From IMG/VR virus record IMGVR_UViG_3300021400_000134: DNA of 64,000 bases. One strand, given 5' to 3'. The translations under genes and the position numbers were made by a program. Of the stretch, positions 1 through 12,400 are shown piece after piece. The notes below the pieces were generated by a model. That model had not been told where the DNA came from, did not search any database, and was given only the letters and a program-made list of their open reading frames with translations. Within the stretch, counting starts at the first letter, position 1. Every line of letters starts with the position of its first letter. The stretch comes from a virus. Lineage: Duplodnaviria > Caudoviricetes.

Positions 1-2
1 CC

Positions 3-458
3 GAAGAGGAAAAGCAGGAAGACGAGCAACCTGAAGAAGAATCTGAGGACGAAAGCGTTAAATATAATCTTGATGACATTCAAGAATATATAGAACTAAA
101 GTCTCAATATGAAGAATTGAAGACACAGTTCGACAATATGAAAGCTGATTATGATAAACTTGTAGAGTTCAAGACAGTTACTGACCGCAAGGAAAAGCAG
201 TCAATGATTGATAGCTTCTACATGTTATCAGAAGAAGATAAAAAAGATGTTATTGAAAACATTGACAAATATAGTGTTGATGAAATCGAAGCAAAGCTTT
301 CTGTAATTTGTGTTCGTAACAAGGTTAGTTTTGATCTTGATGAAGATAAAGAAGTAGATGCACCAACAGTATTCAATCTAGAGAATGATGGCATTGAAGA
401 CGATATGGTTCCTGCTTGGATCAAGGCTGCTATGGCTACGAAAAAAGAGATGGAATAA
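3..458 (+). CDS. Capsid scaffolding/prohead protein, C-terminal part (5' truncated by window)
   Basis: Frame is open from base 3. Very acidic and coiled-coil-like; lies just upstream of the capsid genes. Confidence 0.65.
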   Translation, partial: EEEKQEDEQPEEESEDESVKYNLDDIQEYIELKSQYEELKTQFDNMKADYDKLVEFKTVTDRKEKQSMIDSFYMLSEEDKKDVIENIDKYSVDEIEAKLSVICVRNKVSFDLDEDKEVDAPTVFNLENDGIEDDMVPAWIKAAMATKKEME

Positions 459-475
459 TAGGAGGAAGACAGTAA

Positions 476-1201
476 ATGGCTAGAACAAGATTAAGTGAAA
501 AAGCCACATATGTCGCTCGCGGCTATGGTCAGGTTGAACCAAACCACCTTTCAGCTCAAAAAACTGCTCAAATCTATGCTCAATTACCAGCAGCTGCTGA
601 TATTGACATTTTAGAAAATGGCCAGTTTGCAACATATAACTATGCTGCTGAAGATGGCGGAGCAGTAGACTTTGAAGGCAAAGGCGAGTGGATGATGGTC
701 TTTAATGAGATCAAGCTATATCGTGACTTTGAACAGGATTGCGATTTCGCAATGAAGAAAGAAGATTATGTTGCTCGTGTATACAGCCCAATTGATGGAA
801 CACAGCCACTAACAGAATGGCAGGCTCGTTTCTACGGAGCTAAGGATAGTGAAGGTAATGACAACGCTGAACGTGTTGCTAAGTCAGCTTCTCCTTATGA
901 AGTAGATTCTACAGATGATCCATTCCATGTAGTAGAAAACTACAAAAAGCCAAAGTTTATGCCAGAAGGAACAAGAATGGTTCCTCGTCTTTTCAAGATT
1001 AATATTGGCGATATTTGGACAACAAATACAATTGCTGCTGAACCAGGTAGCCTAAAAGTTGGCGATATGTTAACACCAGGCGCTGATGGTTATCTTGCAC
1101 CAGGTGAAGGCGCAGATGAACTTCACCCAACAATGCAGGTTGTAAAGGTTTACACAATGCCTGATATGCAGCCTGGCGTAAAGGTTATGCGCGTTAAGTA
1201 A
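476..1201 (+). CDS. Head decoration/minor capsid protein (241 aa)
   Basis: SD AGGAGG; sits between scaffold and MCP; no in-frame TGA. Confidence 0.6.
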   Translation: MARTRLSEKATYVARGYGQVEPNHLSAQKTAQIYAQLPAAADIDILENGQFATYNYAAEDGGAVDFEGKGEWMMVFNEIKLYRDFEQDCDFAMKKEDYVARVYSPIDGTQPLTEWQARFYGAKDSEGNDNAERVAKSASPYEVDSTDDPFHVVENYKKPKFMPEGTRMVPRLFKINIGDIWTTNTIAAEPGSLKVGDMLTPGADGYLAPGEGADELHPTMQVVKVYTMPDMQPGVKVMRVK

Positions 1202-1219
1202 TAGGAAAGGAGTAAGGAA

Positions 1220-2341
1220 ATGTTAGATAAGAAAAATTTTATTGCATTAGCTAAGACTGTAGCTAAGGCTGATCCTAAAGCTCCTAAAGCGTATAGCTAT
1301 AATGGACAGGATTTCAGCTATGCTGAACTTAACGAAACACTTCGTAATGAGTTCAAAGAGATTGCTGGAACATACCAGTTATATCGTGAAAATAAGAATT
1401 TAGTATTCTCTATTATTGAAGAAACATTAAATGATGTTCTTCCTAAGAGAGTTGTACAGAACTATGGACAGTTCGCAGAAGTTAAGACTTTTGCTCAGGG
1501 CGATAAGCCAATGTTCCGTAGAAAGATTGATGGCACAAATCGTGCTAAGCAGTTCATTACAAGAGTAGGACTTGCAGGTAACTATGAAGTCTTCAAGCTT
1601 GCTAAGACTTCTGAAAGCTTCGAAGTTCCAACAAGTGCTATTGGCGGAGCTGCACAGATTGGATTCGAAGAATTCCTTGATGGTCGTGCTGATTTTGCTG
1701 AACTTACAAACATCGTAATGGAAGGTATGGATGACCTTGTTTACGAAGAAATTGGTAAGGCTCTTGAAGGTGCTATTAACCAGCTTCCTGCAATGAACCG
1801 TGTTGTTGCTAATGGATTTGATGCAGCTTCATTTGATGAACTAGTTCGTCTTGCTGAATCATATGGTAATGTAACAATTTACTGCACAAACGAATTCGCT
1901 GTTAAGATGATCCCTCAGGAAGCTTGGAGATACACAGAAGCTATGAAGGATGAACTCTATAGAACAGGTCGTTTAAGCGGATATAGAGATAAGAATGTTG
2001 TTATCCTTCCAAATGCTTACAAGGATATCATCGAAGGTAAAGAAAAGGTTATCGACCCATCATTCTGCTGGATTATTCCATCAGGTGCTGACATGAAACC
2101 TGTTAAGGTTGCTTTCGAAGGCGACACTCTTGTTGATGAAAGAGCAAATCGTGACTGGAGCCGTGAAATCCAGGTCTACAAGAAGGTTGGCGTAGTTTGC
2201 ATGATGAATAATGCAATGTGCGTTTATAAGGATACTTCATTATCTAAGGAAGGCTCATTCCAGCTTGCAGACACAGTTAAGAACGTTGTTGTTGTTGACG
2301 GCGGCGAAGGCTCAAGCGCACCAGAACCAGTAAATCCGTAA
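1220..2341 (+). CDS. Major capsid protein (373 aa)
   Basis: Size, position, codon usage typical of highly expressed genes, and a terminator directly after; all Trp are TGG. Confidence 0.8.
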   Translation: MLDKKNFIALAKTVAKADPKAPKAYSYNGQDFSYAELNETLRNEFKEIAGTYQLYRENKNLVFSIIEETLNDVLPKRVVQNYGQFAEVKTFAQGDKPMFRRKIDGTNRAKQFITRVGLAGNYEVFKLAKTSESFEVPTSAIGGAAQIGFEEFLDGRADFAELTNIVMEGMDDLVYEEIGKALEGAINQLPAMNRVVANGFDAASFDELVRLAESYGNVTIYCTNEFAVKMIPQEAWRYTEAMKDELYRTGRLSGYRDKNVVILPNAYKDIIEGKEKVIDPSFCWIIPSGADMKPVKVAFEGDTLVDERANRDWSREIQVYKKVGVVCMMNNAMCVYKDTSLSKEGSFQLADTVKNVVVVDGGEGSSAPEPVNP

Positions 2342-2372
2342 TACTGGGAACTAATTATAATATAAAAGGATA

Positions 2373-2410
2373 AAGGGGAGTAGGGGTAAATCCCCTCTCC
2401 CCTTATTTTC
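2373..2410 (+). terminator. Intrinsic terminator after MCP
   Basis: aaggggag(t)agggg / cccctctcccctt stem followed by attttc. Confidence 0.7.
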
Positions 2411-2440
2411 ATTAAATGGAGAAAAAGGAGATTGTTATAT

Positions 2441-3019
2441 ATGGCAGATTTAGTAGTAGTTGAAAATAGGGCCGCTGGTAAAATTGTATATCGAATTCCA
2501 GATAGAGGTATCCGTAGAGAACTTGCGCCAAGACAGGCTATTAGAGTTCCAAAGGAAGAGATTGAAGCATTATCCTATACTGAAGGCGGACTTGACTTAA
2601 TCAGAAACCACCTCTTGGTAAAAGATGAACAGATTTTAGATGATTTAAATATTCATAGAGAACCTGAGTATTATATGAATGCTGATAATGTCGCCAAACT
2701 TATTAAAGAGGGTAGCTTAAATGAATTTAAGGATGCTTTAGATTTTGCGCCAGATGGTGTTGTTGATATGATTAAAGATTTAAGCGTTCAAATTCCTTTA
2801 AATGATTTCTCAAAGAGACAGGCTCTTAAAGAAATGACTGGATTTGATGTAGATGCGGCAATTGCTCACGATAGAGAGAATAGAGCTGCGGACGGTGATG
2901 AAGCGGTTGCGGCACCAGCACCAAAGACACGTAGAGTCCAGACAACTGGCCGTAGAAGTGCTGGAGGAGTTGCAGCTGAAGCGGTCGCCGCAAACAAACC
3001 TAAGATTATTAAAAAGTAA
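2441..3019 (+). CDS. Hypothetical head-associated protein
   Basis: ORF with SD aaggag; ATG 2441 preferred over TTG 2432. Confidence 0.6.
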   Translation: MADLVVVENRAAGKIVYRIPDRGIRRELAPRQAIRVPKEEIEALSYTEGGLDLIRNHLLVKDEQILDDLNIHREPEYYMNADNVAKLIKEGSLNEFKDALDFAPDGVVDMIKDLSVQIPLNDFSKRQALKEMTGFDVDAAIAHDRENRAADGDEAVAAPAPKTRRVQTTGRRSAGGVAAEAVAANKPKIIKK

Positions 3020-3044
3020 TTTATAAGAGAAAGGAGAATATATT

Positions 3045-3641
3045 ATGGGAACTCAGTTCACAGATATATATAATCGCTTTCTTGGTAAAATCACAGATGA
3101 TATGTACATGGAATTAACTCCAGAAGACACAATGAGGGACTTAAGGTCCCTTTTAATTGATGCAATTCCAGGGTTTGAATTTCCTCGTAAGATACTAGAT
3201 GATTTTTCTATCGAAACTTTAGTTGTTAGAGAAGATGCGGTAGAAGAAGGGGATTTTGTTATTGGAGTTGTTTGAAATACTCCTGACGAAGAAGAGGATG
3301 ATGGAATTCCAGACGTATATATTGAACGCTCGCATTTTAATGTAGATTTAACGAGTGAAGAGATTAATATTCTTGCTTTACTAATGATGTGCGGTTGGCT
3401 TCAACGCCAAGTCACATCTATTGAAAATACTCGCATGAAATACAGCGGGTCAGATTTTAAATTTACCTCCCAAGCCAATCATCTTGCCAAACTATTAAAT
3501 TTATTGTCAGAATGCCAGAGACAATCATTCCATATGCAGCGTCTTTATAAGCGCAGACGCATCAACAGTGATGGATATATTGAATCCAACTGGGATGTTT
3601 TGAGAAATGGAATCTTTGGTGACTACGAAGTTAGGCATTAA
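3045..3641 (+). CDS. Putative head-tail adaptor (198 aa, code 4)
   Basis: Track ORFs 3045-3275 and 3384-3641 share a frame and are separated only by TGA; function from synteny. Confidence 0.65.
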
Positions 3642-3924
3642 TATTCCTGAGAGTTGTTTTAAGTCTGATATAAATAGACTTACAAATCAACTCTGGAAGT
3701 TAATTCCGATGAAAGAAAATGGAGAAAATTGATTAGAACAACTAAATACTGTTTTGATTGAAATTAGGGGATTATCAGAGATGTTTGCTTCAAATGATAA
3801 GTTTCTAATTCTTTTAAGTAAACTTGAGGGTTTACGAGTATCAGAGGATTTAGAATTTAGTACATATCGTAAAACAGTATTTGAATCAATTTCTTTATTA
3901 AGGGAGATGCTAAATGCCATATAG
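3607..3924 (+). CDS. Hypothetical protein (105 aa, code 4), absent from ORF track
   Basis: MESLVTTK...NQLWKLIPMKENGEN(TGA)LEQL...YRKTVFESISLL..., ends in TAG; fills the gap between its neighbours. Confidence 0.7.
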
Positions 3925-4906
3925 TACTGATAGGTCTCAATTTTCCGGAATAAATTTAATGGCAAATAGAATAAATTGGCATGGTGGGCAACCACAGCAA
4001 GACCGCATGATTCGAGATAAGCGATGGACATTAGATCATGCTACAAAATATTCTTATCAGGCTGCGAAGATAAAACATACCGATGCGGTTGACCAAGAAC
4101 AAGCGCCGGCATTAATTAATCCTGATAAGACAAAACAAAATTATGATGATAAAATTCTCTCTGTTGGTTATGAATATAGATACCAACCAGGAGATGTTTT
4201 TGATTGAATGAATACTGGTTCAAAATGAATAATTTATTTACAAGACTTAACAGAACTAGCCTATTTTAGAGGTGAGATTCGTCGTTGTAATTATACAGTA
4301 TCTTGGTTAGATGAAAATGGTGAGAAATATACTCAATATTTAGCTGTAAGAGGACCAGTAGAAACAAAGATTAATTTTATTCAAAAGAATGGTATTAGTG
4401 TAGACGAGCCTAACCATTCTCTTGATATTCTAATGACTAAGACTCCAGAAGCTCTGGAATATTTTAGACGTTATGCTAAATTCTATCTAAAAGGGATAGA
4501 CGAACATGATAAAAATACTTGTTGAAGAGTTGAAGCAACTGATAGTATTAGTATGCGCGGGGTGCTTCAAGTTGTTGCGGTAGAATATTATGCAAATGAA
4601 ACTAGAGATGATTTAGAGAACTCTCTTGTGGATGGATTAGTTATTGAGCCAGTTGATCCAAATATGATTGACGAGGATTTTGATAATTTGATTAAAGGTG
4701 AAACATTTATTAAACCGAGACAGGATTATAAGTATTTTTATAGAGGAAATGAGACTTCACAATGGAGTATTGATAAAAAAGTTCCTGTTAAACTAATTCC
4801 GCAAGGTAAGAAAGTTACATTGAAGTGGGATAGTGGTTATAGTGGACAATTTGTATTAAAGTATGGCTCGTCAGAAAAAACCATTGTGGTTGAGTCATTG
4901 TTTTAA
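3914..4906 (+). CDS. Putative head-closure/head-tail joining protein (330 aa, code 4)
   Basis: One frame with 3 TGA in Trp-like contexts (GDVFD-W-MNTGSK-W-IIY; C-W-RVEA); function from synteny. Confidence 0.65.
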
Positions 4907-4924
4907 AGGAGAAAATGGAGTATT

Positions 4925-5545
4925 ATGATAATTAAGAACTATTCAATACCACATTCTTCTTTCATGTCGGTTGATAAAGATTTAGAACTTATTACAACCT
5001 GAATGATGAAGAATAAGAATTTGTGTAAAATTCTATATTACACAGACAGGGATGCTCTTAGTAGACCAGCATTGACTGATAAACAGCGTGCAGAATTGAT
5101 GGGTAAAAATATTAAAATTGTTCCTAAATTATATGTTGATGGTAGTGTTTTAGCATATGTTATCATTTCTATGGATAATTTTACACCAACTGCAAATCCA
5201 CAATTTAGAGATAATATTATTACTTTTGATATTATTTGTCATTTTGACCAATGACATTTACAAGATTTTCAATTGCGTCCTTATCGCATTGCTGCTGAAA
5301 TTGATTCAATGTTTGATAATCAGCATCTAACTGGAATTGGCGAGATGCATTTTATGGGAGCAAGCCAGATTATTCTTAATGACGAATTTGCTGGATTAAC
5401 ATTAATGTATCAAGCGATTCATGGTGGAGAGGATAAGAAAAATGCCCCAAATCCACAAGACAATAAGCAAATGGTTGATGATTTTAATGAACTCTATGAT
5501 CAAGATTTTACACCATTAACTATTTTTAAATCATCGGATGAATAA
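4925..5545 (+). CDS. Putative tail completion/terminator protein (206 aa, code 4)
   Basis: Joins ORFs 5003 and 5273 across TGA (ICHFDQ-W-HLQDFQLRPYRI); function from synteny. Confidence 0.6.
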
Positions 5546-6267
5546 TGAAAGACATTGAACTTGCACTATTCACTGGAGTAGATATTCCTATTCCAGAGTG
5601 TCAGATAATAATTCATCAACCATCAATTAAAGAAATTTCTATGCTTGGTGAAAGATGGTTTTTAACAGGTGTTCAAGTTTTGTGTATAGATAAAGAGCAA
5701 TTTAAGAAGGACAATTCAGATTTATCTAATACTACTAATTTTCAAATATTTATGACAATAATGCATGAGAAAGAGGCTAGAGAAAGTAAAGAGAGCGTAA
5801 TAGAAGCTCTTTCTTTAATAGTTCCTAATTCAAAGGTCACTCTTACTCCAAGGTCATTATTGTTAAATTATAATGGCGCAAACATTATAATAGATGAAGG
5901 AAATTTTGATAGTTTTCAAGAAATCTTACGGCAAGTTTTTTGTTTAAAGAAAAAAGAGGATGATTTTAATCCAGCGAATGCGGCTGCTGCAAAAATCGCA
6001 GAAAAAATTAAAAAAGGTCGAGCTAAGGTAGCGCATTTAAAGGGTGAAGATGTGGGCAGCGTTTATGCACGCTATATATCAGCTTTATCTGTTGGATTAA
6101 AGATTCCAATCAAAGAATTAATAAATTATACAATTTATCAAATAAATGACCAATTAGAGCGTTTTGGATTATGAACTAATTGAGATTTAGATATTCGATC
6201 AAGACTTGCTGGGGCAAAAGGTGACGGCAAGCCTGAAGATTGAATGAGAAATATCCACAAGGATTAA
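5545..6267 (+). CDS. Tail assembly protein (240 aa, code 4)
   Basis: Extends past TGA 6172 through RLAGAKGDGKPEDWMRNIHKD to TAA 6265-6267. Confidence 0.6.
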
Positions 6268-6286
6268 AGAAGGAGGAAAAAGCCCA

Positions 6287-7357
6287 ATGAAATATGGTAT
6301 TCGTGACGTCGTTGACGTTGTACTTAGAGCCAAGGGTACAATGGATTTAGGAAACAAGCGTTTCTATAAGAATGAACCAGTATTATATTTTGATACACTT
6401 ACTACTTCAACATTAGAGGGCGCTTCTACCACTGTTTATGCACAGGGCGGTAAAGGTAATGCTCGTTTAATGGCTTGGGAAGGTGAACGTACAGTTACTT
6501 TCACAATGGAAGATGCATTGATTTCTCCAGAAAGTTTATCAGTTCTTACTGGTGCAGGATTAATTGAAGCTTCTGACGAAAAGCCTGTTTATCAGCATAT
6601 CGTTGAAACAACTGATGTTCTTCCAGAAAAAGATGGTAATAACTATGTTATTTATGTAGATAAAGAACCTTTCTTACCAGAACCAGATAGCGGTATTGTT
6701 GAAAATGAAAATTATGCTTGCGTAATGTTTACAAGAGATGGTGAAATTATTTCTGAACCATATATTGTTGATCAAAATGCAGAATCTAAGGCAGTAAAAG
6801 ATGAAGAAACTGGAAAATGGAAGATTATTGTTAATGAACATAAGTGCAATTTTGGTACAGCTAATTGCTTCCCAAAAAAGCCAGATAATTATATTCCATC
6901 AAATATTGAAGCAGACCAGCCATTGGCTAATGGTATTTTAATTGACTATTATCATCCAGTTAAGACTGGTGCAAAACAGATTGAAATTGATGCTGAAAAG
7001 TTTGCTGGTTCTTATTATCTTGAAGGTTCAACTCTTTGGAGAGATACAAATGGTGTAGACCATCCAGCAGAATTTATTATTCCTAACTGCAAGATTCAGT
7101 CTGCATTTACATTTACAATGGCTGCTACTGGTGATCCATCAACATTTACATTTACAATGGATGCATTCCCAGATTATACAAGATTCGATAAGAGTCATAA
7201 AGTCTTTGCCGTTGTTCAAATTATTGAATCTGAAACAACTGCTTCTGATGCTAATAATGACCTACACCGTGGTAAGACATGGCATGGTGGAAAGACTTAT
7301 GCTAGTGATTTAGCTGGTACAAGTGCTGATAACCATGATGACCCAAGTCAGGCATAA
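6287..7357 (+). CDS. Major tail tube protein (356 aa)
   Basis: VYAQGGKGNARLMAWEGERTVTFTMEDAL and FTMAATGDPSTFTFTMD resemble tail-tube motifs; strong SD; no TGA. Confidence 0.8.
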   Translation: MKYGIRDVVDVVLRAKGTMDLGNKRFYKNEPVLYFDTLTTSTLEGASTTVYAQGGKGNARLMAWEGERTVTFTMEDALISPESLSVLTGAGLIEASDEKPVYQHIVETTDVLPEKDGNNYVIYVDKEPFLPEPDSGIVENENYACVMFTRDGEIISEPYIVDQNAESKAVKDEETGKWKIIVNEHKCNFGTANCFPKKPDNYIPSNIEADQPLANGILIDYYHPVKTGAKQIEIDAEKFAGSYYLEGSTLWRDTNGVDHPAEFIIPNCKIQSAFTFTMAATGDPSTFTFTMDAFPDYTRFDKSHKVFAVVQIIESETTASDANNDLHRGKTWHGGKTYASDLAGTSADNHDDPSQA

Positions 7358-7370
7358 GAGGTAAGTAATC

Positions 7371-7559
7371 ATGTTTACTCGCTCTAAGAAAGTAAGTAGA
7401 AAGATGGTTGCAAAACCAGCTACTATTAAGATTATTAAACCAGAACAGAGCGAAAGAAAAGAAGAAGCTTTAGACTTATCTAAGGCTAAAATTACTATTA
7501 TTAAGCCTGAAGCTGGTTTAAAGATTATGGTTGAAGAAAATGAAGGGAAGGACGAATAG
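7371..7559 (+). CDS. Small hypothetical protein (62 aa) with a duplicated (T)IIKPE motif
   Basis: SD gaggt; ORF ends inside the terminator. Confidence 0.55.
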   Translation: MFTRSKKVSRKMVAKPATIKIIKPEQSERKEEALDLSKAKITIIKPEAGLKIMVEENEGKDE

Positions 7560-7574
7560 TCCTTCCCTTTTTTT
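7543..7574 (+). terminator. Intrinsic terminator
   Basis: aagggaaggac-gaata-gtccttccctt followed by a T run. Confidence 0.8.
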
Positions 7575-7598
7575 GCTTAGGTAAGAGGTGATAAAAAT

Positions 7599-8726
7599 AT
7601 GGCGAGAGGACAACGAAATTTGACCTTTAAACCTAGTGATTTAGACAAAGTTTTGACAATTGAAGAGTTAACTCAGTATTGCGTAAATGTTATTAAAGAA
7701 ATTAGAACGAATGCTGGTTCTCAATACAGTGAATTAATAAATGATATAAAAAAATTAGAAAGTTTAGAATTAGAAGTAGAAAATTTAAAAATTGATAAAA
7801 ATAATAATGAAAATTATTTAATAAATATAGCAGATAAAATGTTAAAATTATATCATGAGGTTATTAATGTTAGTTTAAAACTCCAAAGATTGTTTCCCTC
7901 AACTTTAAATCTTGCTGAATATGATAAAATAGAATATGCCATTTATGTAAATGGAGAGCGATATTATATAGATTATGATGATATTAAAAATAGTGGAGCT
8001 TTTAGATATAGTGAAAGTAAAAATGCTTTAATGTTAAATTTAAATAAAGCAACAAAGTCTTTAAAAGAAAACATTTCTTTAAAACAAGGTCAATCTATTT
8101 TTAATATTATAAACAAACATTTTGATAAATTTTCAATAATGCTTGATAATACATATAAAGGTGGAGGAAAAATCAATAAAGGCCATAAAGCGGAAGCTTT
8201 TGAGGAACATCTCTCTTTACATCATAGTGGAGCTTATCAGTTTTTAAAAAACAAGGAATACTTGACAGAAATGATTGTTGATCATCGGCAAATGCTTGGA
8301 AATGAATTATTAACAGTTCCCTTTAATGAATGAGGTACTAAAGCACAAATGGCTAGTGGAGAACGACATGAGAGTATAACTGAAGCTTGACAACATATTA
8401 GATCAGCAAAAGGAACATTAAGAGGTACTGTAACGGGTGACGTAGGGAATGTTCAGGTAAAAGAAGGACAAGGTTCTTCTGCACAGGTAAAATTAACAAG
8501 TTTTACTAATTTAAAGTTAGGAGTTCAAATTTATTCTGCAATAATTGATCCAGAAAAAAACATTTATGAAATTGGATATAAATTAGCAAATTATATTTCT
8601 GAAACAGTTAAAAAGGATGCTGTAAAAGGATTAAATAGTAGCGCTCCTATTGAAGAATTAGACAATGATTTAATTGATTTTTTTGATAAACATAAAAAGT
8701 ATCATAAAATAGTTCATATTGGCTAA
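7599..8726 (+). CDS. AT-rich hypothetical protein (375 aa, code 4), possible PD-(D/E)XK-type nuclease
   Basis: Reads through 2 TGA to TAA 8724-8726; motifs KGHKAEAFE and TGDVGNVQVK. Confidence 0.55.
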
Positions 8727-8730
8727 AAAC

Positions 8731-8760
8731 TTGCTTTTTGATAAAATTTTTTGTTATAAT
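8731..8760 (+). promoter_or_regulatory. sigmaA-type promoter with extended -10
   Basis: TTGCTT-N18-TATAAT with TGn immediately before the -10. Confidence 0.6.
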
Positions 8761-8790
8761 AAAATAGAACATAATAGGAGAAATTATATC

Positions 8791-9315
8791 ATGGCAAAAA
8801 TTTCATTAACTAAATTAAAATTAACTCCAAAAGAAAATGTTCATACAATAACTTGAAATGAACAAGAAATTGAAGTTAAGCAATATATCTCTATTGAAGA
8901 TAAGTTAAATATGATTTCTGAGGTTTTAAATGCAGCCGCAGATGAAAATAAATTTTATAATCCGGGTAAAATTGATATGTTTTTTGCTTTAAAAACAATT
9001 GATTATTATACTAATGTTTCAATCACTGATAAGCAAAGAGAAAATCCAATCAAGTTATATGATAATTTTATCTCTTCTGGATTTTATACAGATGTTTTTC
9101 ATGCTATTCCAGAAGACGAAATTGGATATGTTTATAAGGTAATGATGGAAACAGTCGAACAGATTTATAAATATAATAATTCTGCTTATGGAATTTTAGA
9201 CGCATTAGGAACAGATTATAAAGATTTAGATTTCGATATTCAGAAATTAATTGGCGATATTAGAGATAAAAAAGACGTTGAGTTTCTAAATGACGTTATG
9301 ACCAAACTTGGTTAA
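8791..9315 (+). CDS. Putative tail assembly chaperone (174 aa, code 4)
   Basis: ATG 8791 after aggag; one TGA at 8854; directly upstream of the tape measure. Confidence 0.6.
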
Positions 9316-9345
9316 TCCATCTATTTATTTTTTGAAATAATAAGA
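9300..9345 (+). promoter_or_regulatory. Putative phage late-promoter motif, copy 1 (variant)
   Basis: GACCA-N8-TAA-N18-GAAATAATAAGA. Confidence 0.4.
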
Positions 9346-9360
9346 AGAATAGACATATTT

Positions 9361-9402
9361 AATACCCTTATGAGGATATTTTCTTCATAAGGGTATTTTT
9401 TT
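9361..9402 (+). terminator. Terminator-like hairpin
   Basis: aatacccttatgagga / tcttcataagggtatt followed by a T run. Confidence 0.7.
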
Positions 9403-9427
9403 ATATAGGAGAGAAAGGAGCGGAAAT

Positions 9428-12400
9428 ATGCCAAAACAGATAAATGTTAAGCTAGGTTTTGAGGCTGATACCTCGCAAGCGCGAAAACAAATAGCTGATT
9501 TGCAAAAATCGTTAGATGGTTTGTTATCTAGTTCTATTAAACAAGGTGCATTAACCGGTTTTGATAAAGAAGTATCTAATGCACAACAGTCAGTCTTAAA
9601 ACTAAAAACCGCAATTGATAATTCATTAAATGCGGATACGGGTAGATTAGATTTATCAAAGTTTAATACACAATTAAATAATTCTGGATTGACTCTTGGC
9701 CAATTATCTAAGGATATGAATAACTTAGGGGCTGATGGTCAGAAGGCATTTTTAAATTTGGCAAATAGTATTGTAACCGCCCAAAAGCCAATGGCAGAAT
9801 CTAATAAACTATTGGATAATATGTGAACTGCTTTAAAGAATACGGCAAGATGACAGTTGTCTAGTAGTTTATTACATGGATTTATGGGGGCGCTGCAAGG
9901 TGCATATGGATATGCCCAGGATTTAAATAAATCTTTAACTGATATTGCAATCGTTACTGGAAGGTCTACCGATCAAATGGCGGCGTTTGCAGAACAAGCG
10001 AATAAATCGGCGCAAGCATTAAGTGTCAGTACCACAGCTTATACTGATGCTGCTTTGATTTACTATCAACAAGGTTTGAGTGATGATGAGGTTAAAGCCA
10101 GAACTGACATTACAATGCAAATGTCGAACGTAACTGGAGAATCAGCTGAACATGTATCTAGTTATATGACAGCTATATGGAATAACTTTGCGGAAGGCAG
10201 TGAAAACCTTGACCATTTTGCAGATGTTATTACTGCGTTAGGTGCGAAAACTGCTTCTAGCTCAGAAGAAATCGCTAATGGTATGCAACAATTTGCGGCT
10301 GTAGCAGATACCGTAGGATTAAGTTATGAATATGCAGCAACCGCATTGGCAACTGTTGTAGCACAAACTCGTCAAAGTGAATCTACTGTTGGCAATTCAT
10401 TTAGAACAATTTTTTCAAGGTTACAGGGTTTGAAACTTGGCGAAACTCTTGAAGATGGCACCAGCTTAAATAAGTATTCTAAAGCTTTAGCTACTATTGG
10501 AGTTGATATTAAAGATCAAAATGGTGAACTTAAAGAAATGGATACTATTTTGAATGAAATTGGTGCTAAATGGCAAGCATTAACGAAAGATCAGCAGGTA
10601 GCATTGGCACAAACCGTTGGTGGCGTTAGACAATATACTAATTTAATTGCGTTATTTGATAATTGAGATGCTTTTCAAGAGAATTTACAAATTGCAAACA
10701 ATTCTGATGGTGCTTTACAGCAACAGGCTGATATATATGCTGAAAGTTGAGAAGCTGCTCAGAAAAGAGTTAGAGCAGCTTGGCAGGCTATTTATCAAGA
10801 TTTAATTAGTGATGATTTTTTTATTACTATTCTAAATGGTCTTGAAGCCATATTACATGGAGTTGATGGATTAATTGATTCTCTTGGTGGATTACCAGGA
10901 GTACTAAGTGGGATTGGTGTATTGGTAACAAGTGTTTTTAATAAACAGATTGTAGAGGGTTTAAAAAGCGCGCAGCAGCAATTAAAAGTATTTACAGGTA
11001 CAGCTCAAGCAGAAAATGATGCGATGGTTGCTTGAACAAATCAGTACTTACAAAATAATAGAATAAAAGATATCGCTGGAACCGGTGATATCCCATACGA
11101 AGATTTAGAAAACGGGTTATTAAAGCAAAAGCTTGCATTAACAATAGAGTTGCGTGAAGTATATGATGGTTTAAATGACATACAAAAGCAATACGCTAAT
11201 AGTCTATTAGAGTCTGTTGAAAACCAGCAGAGATTAACTTTAGAGGCTAAAAAAACAGAAGAAGCCACAAGAAGGTCTCAAGAAGATGCTATGAGATCTT
11301 TAAAAAATTCCGCCATACAGGGTGAGAATAATAAAATGATGAGCTTTTTAAATCAGTTTCGTTTAGATAATGGTCAGTTTGGTGGTGAACAAACAAAATT
11401 TGAACGAGGAATAGAAAAAATTGCATCTGCGGGAACTGTAAAACAACAAGAACAAGCTTATAATGAATTATATAAAGCAATGCTTAAAGTAAGTGATGGT
11501 TCTAAAGAAGAAGCAAAACTTATTGAAAATGTAATTAATAAAACTTTAGAACATGTTCAAGCTCAAAAAGAATTTACTAATCAAACCGAAGTTTTAGATA
11601 ATGAAACTGATCAATTTAATCAACGTTTACAAGAACTTGTTCAAAGCCATCATAATGGATATTTATCTACTCAAGAATTAATTCAGGCACTAGAAACCGA
11701 AAAAGCTAAATTTGATGAAACTTCAGAAGAAGCAAAAAAATTACAAATTCAAATAGATAAATTAGAAAATAGTAATAAAGGTGTTTTTGGTCCAGAATTT
11801 GCTCAATCATTTGTTAATACTACTAAAGGTATATCTCAATTGTCGATGGGATTCAATTCTTTAAAAACCGCCTGAGATACTATTCAAAATCCAGATGTAT
11901 CTGGATGACAAAAAGTAACTTCTGTTATTACTTCTTTAAGTTTTGGAATACCGGCAATTATAAATGGATTTAAAAGTTTAGGCGGGCTTAAATCCATTTT
12001 ATCTGGAATATCCAATGTTTTTACTGTTGGAACAAAAGCAAAAATAGAAGAAATTAATCAATTAGCTATTGCAAATGCAAAAGCAGCAATATCTCAAATA
12101 GAATTAACTAAGGCTCAAGCAGTCGGAAATTTAGTTCTTGAAGGATATGATATAAATACTGCTGAAAATATAGTAAATACTAAAATATTGGCACATGAAA
12201 AAGAAATATTAGCAGCAAAAGAAAAAATGGTTAAAGCTGGTCTAGAAGGTACTAATGCAGCAGCTTTAGCAAGTAAAGCGGCAATGTGAGAATTGTATCT
12301 TGTTATTGGTCTCGTTATTGCTGCCATTGCTTTATGGAATAAACAAGAAAAAGATAAAGAACAGGGATGAAAAGATCAAGATAAAGCTATTCAAGATACT

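Noticed and set aside
8791-9428. Programmed frameshift in the tail chaperone (lambda G/GT type)
   Set aside because: No second overlapping frame before the tape measure; a hairpin fills the gap.
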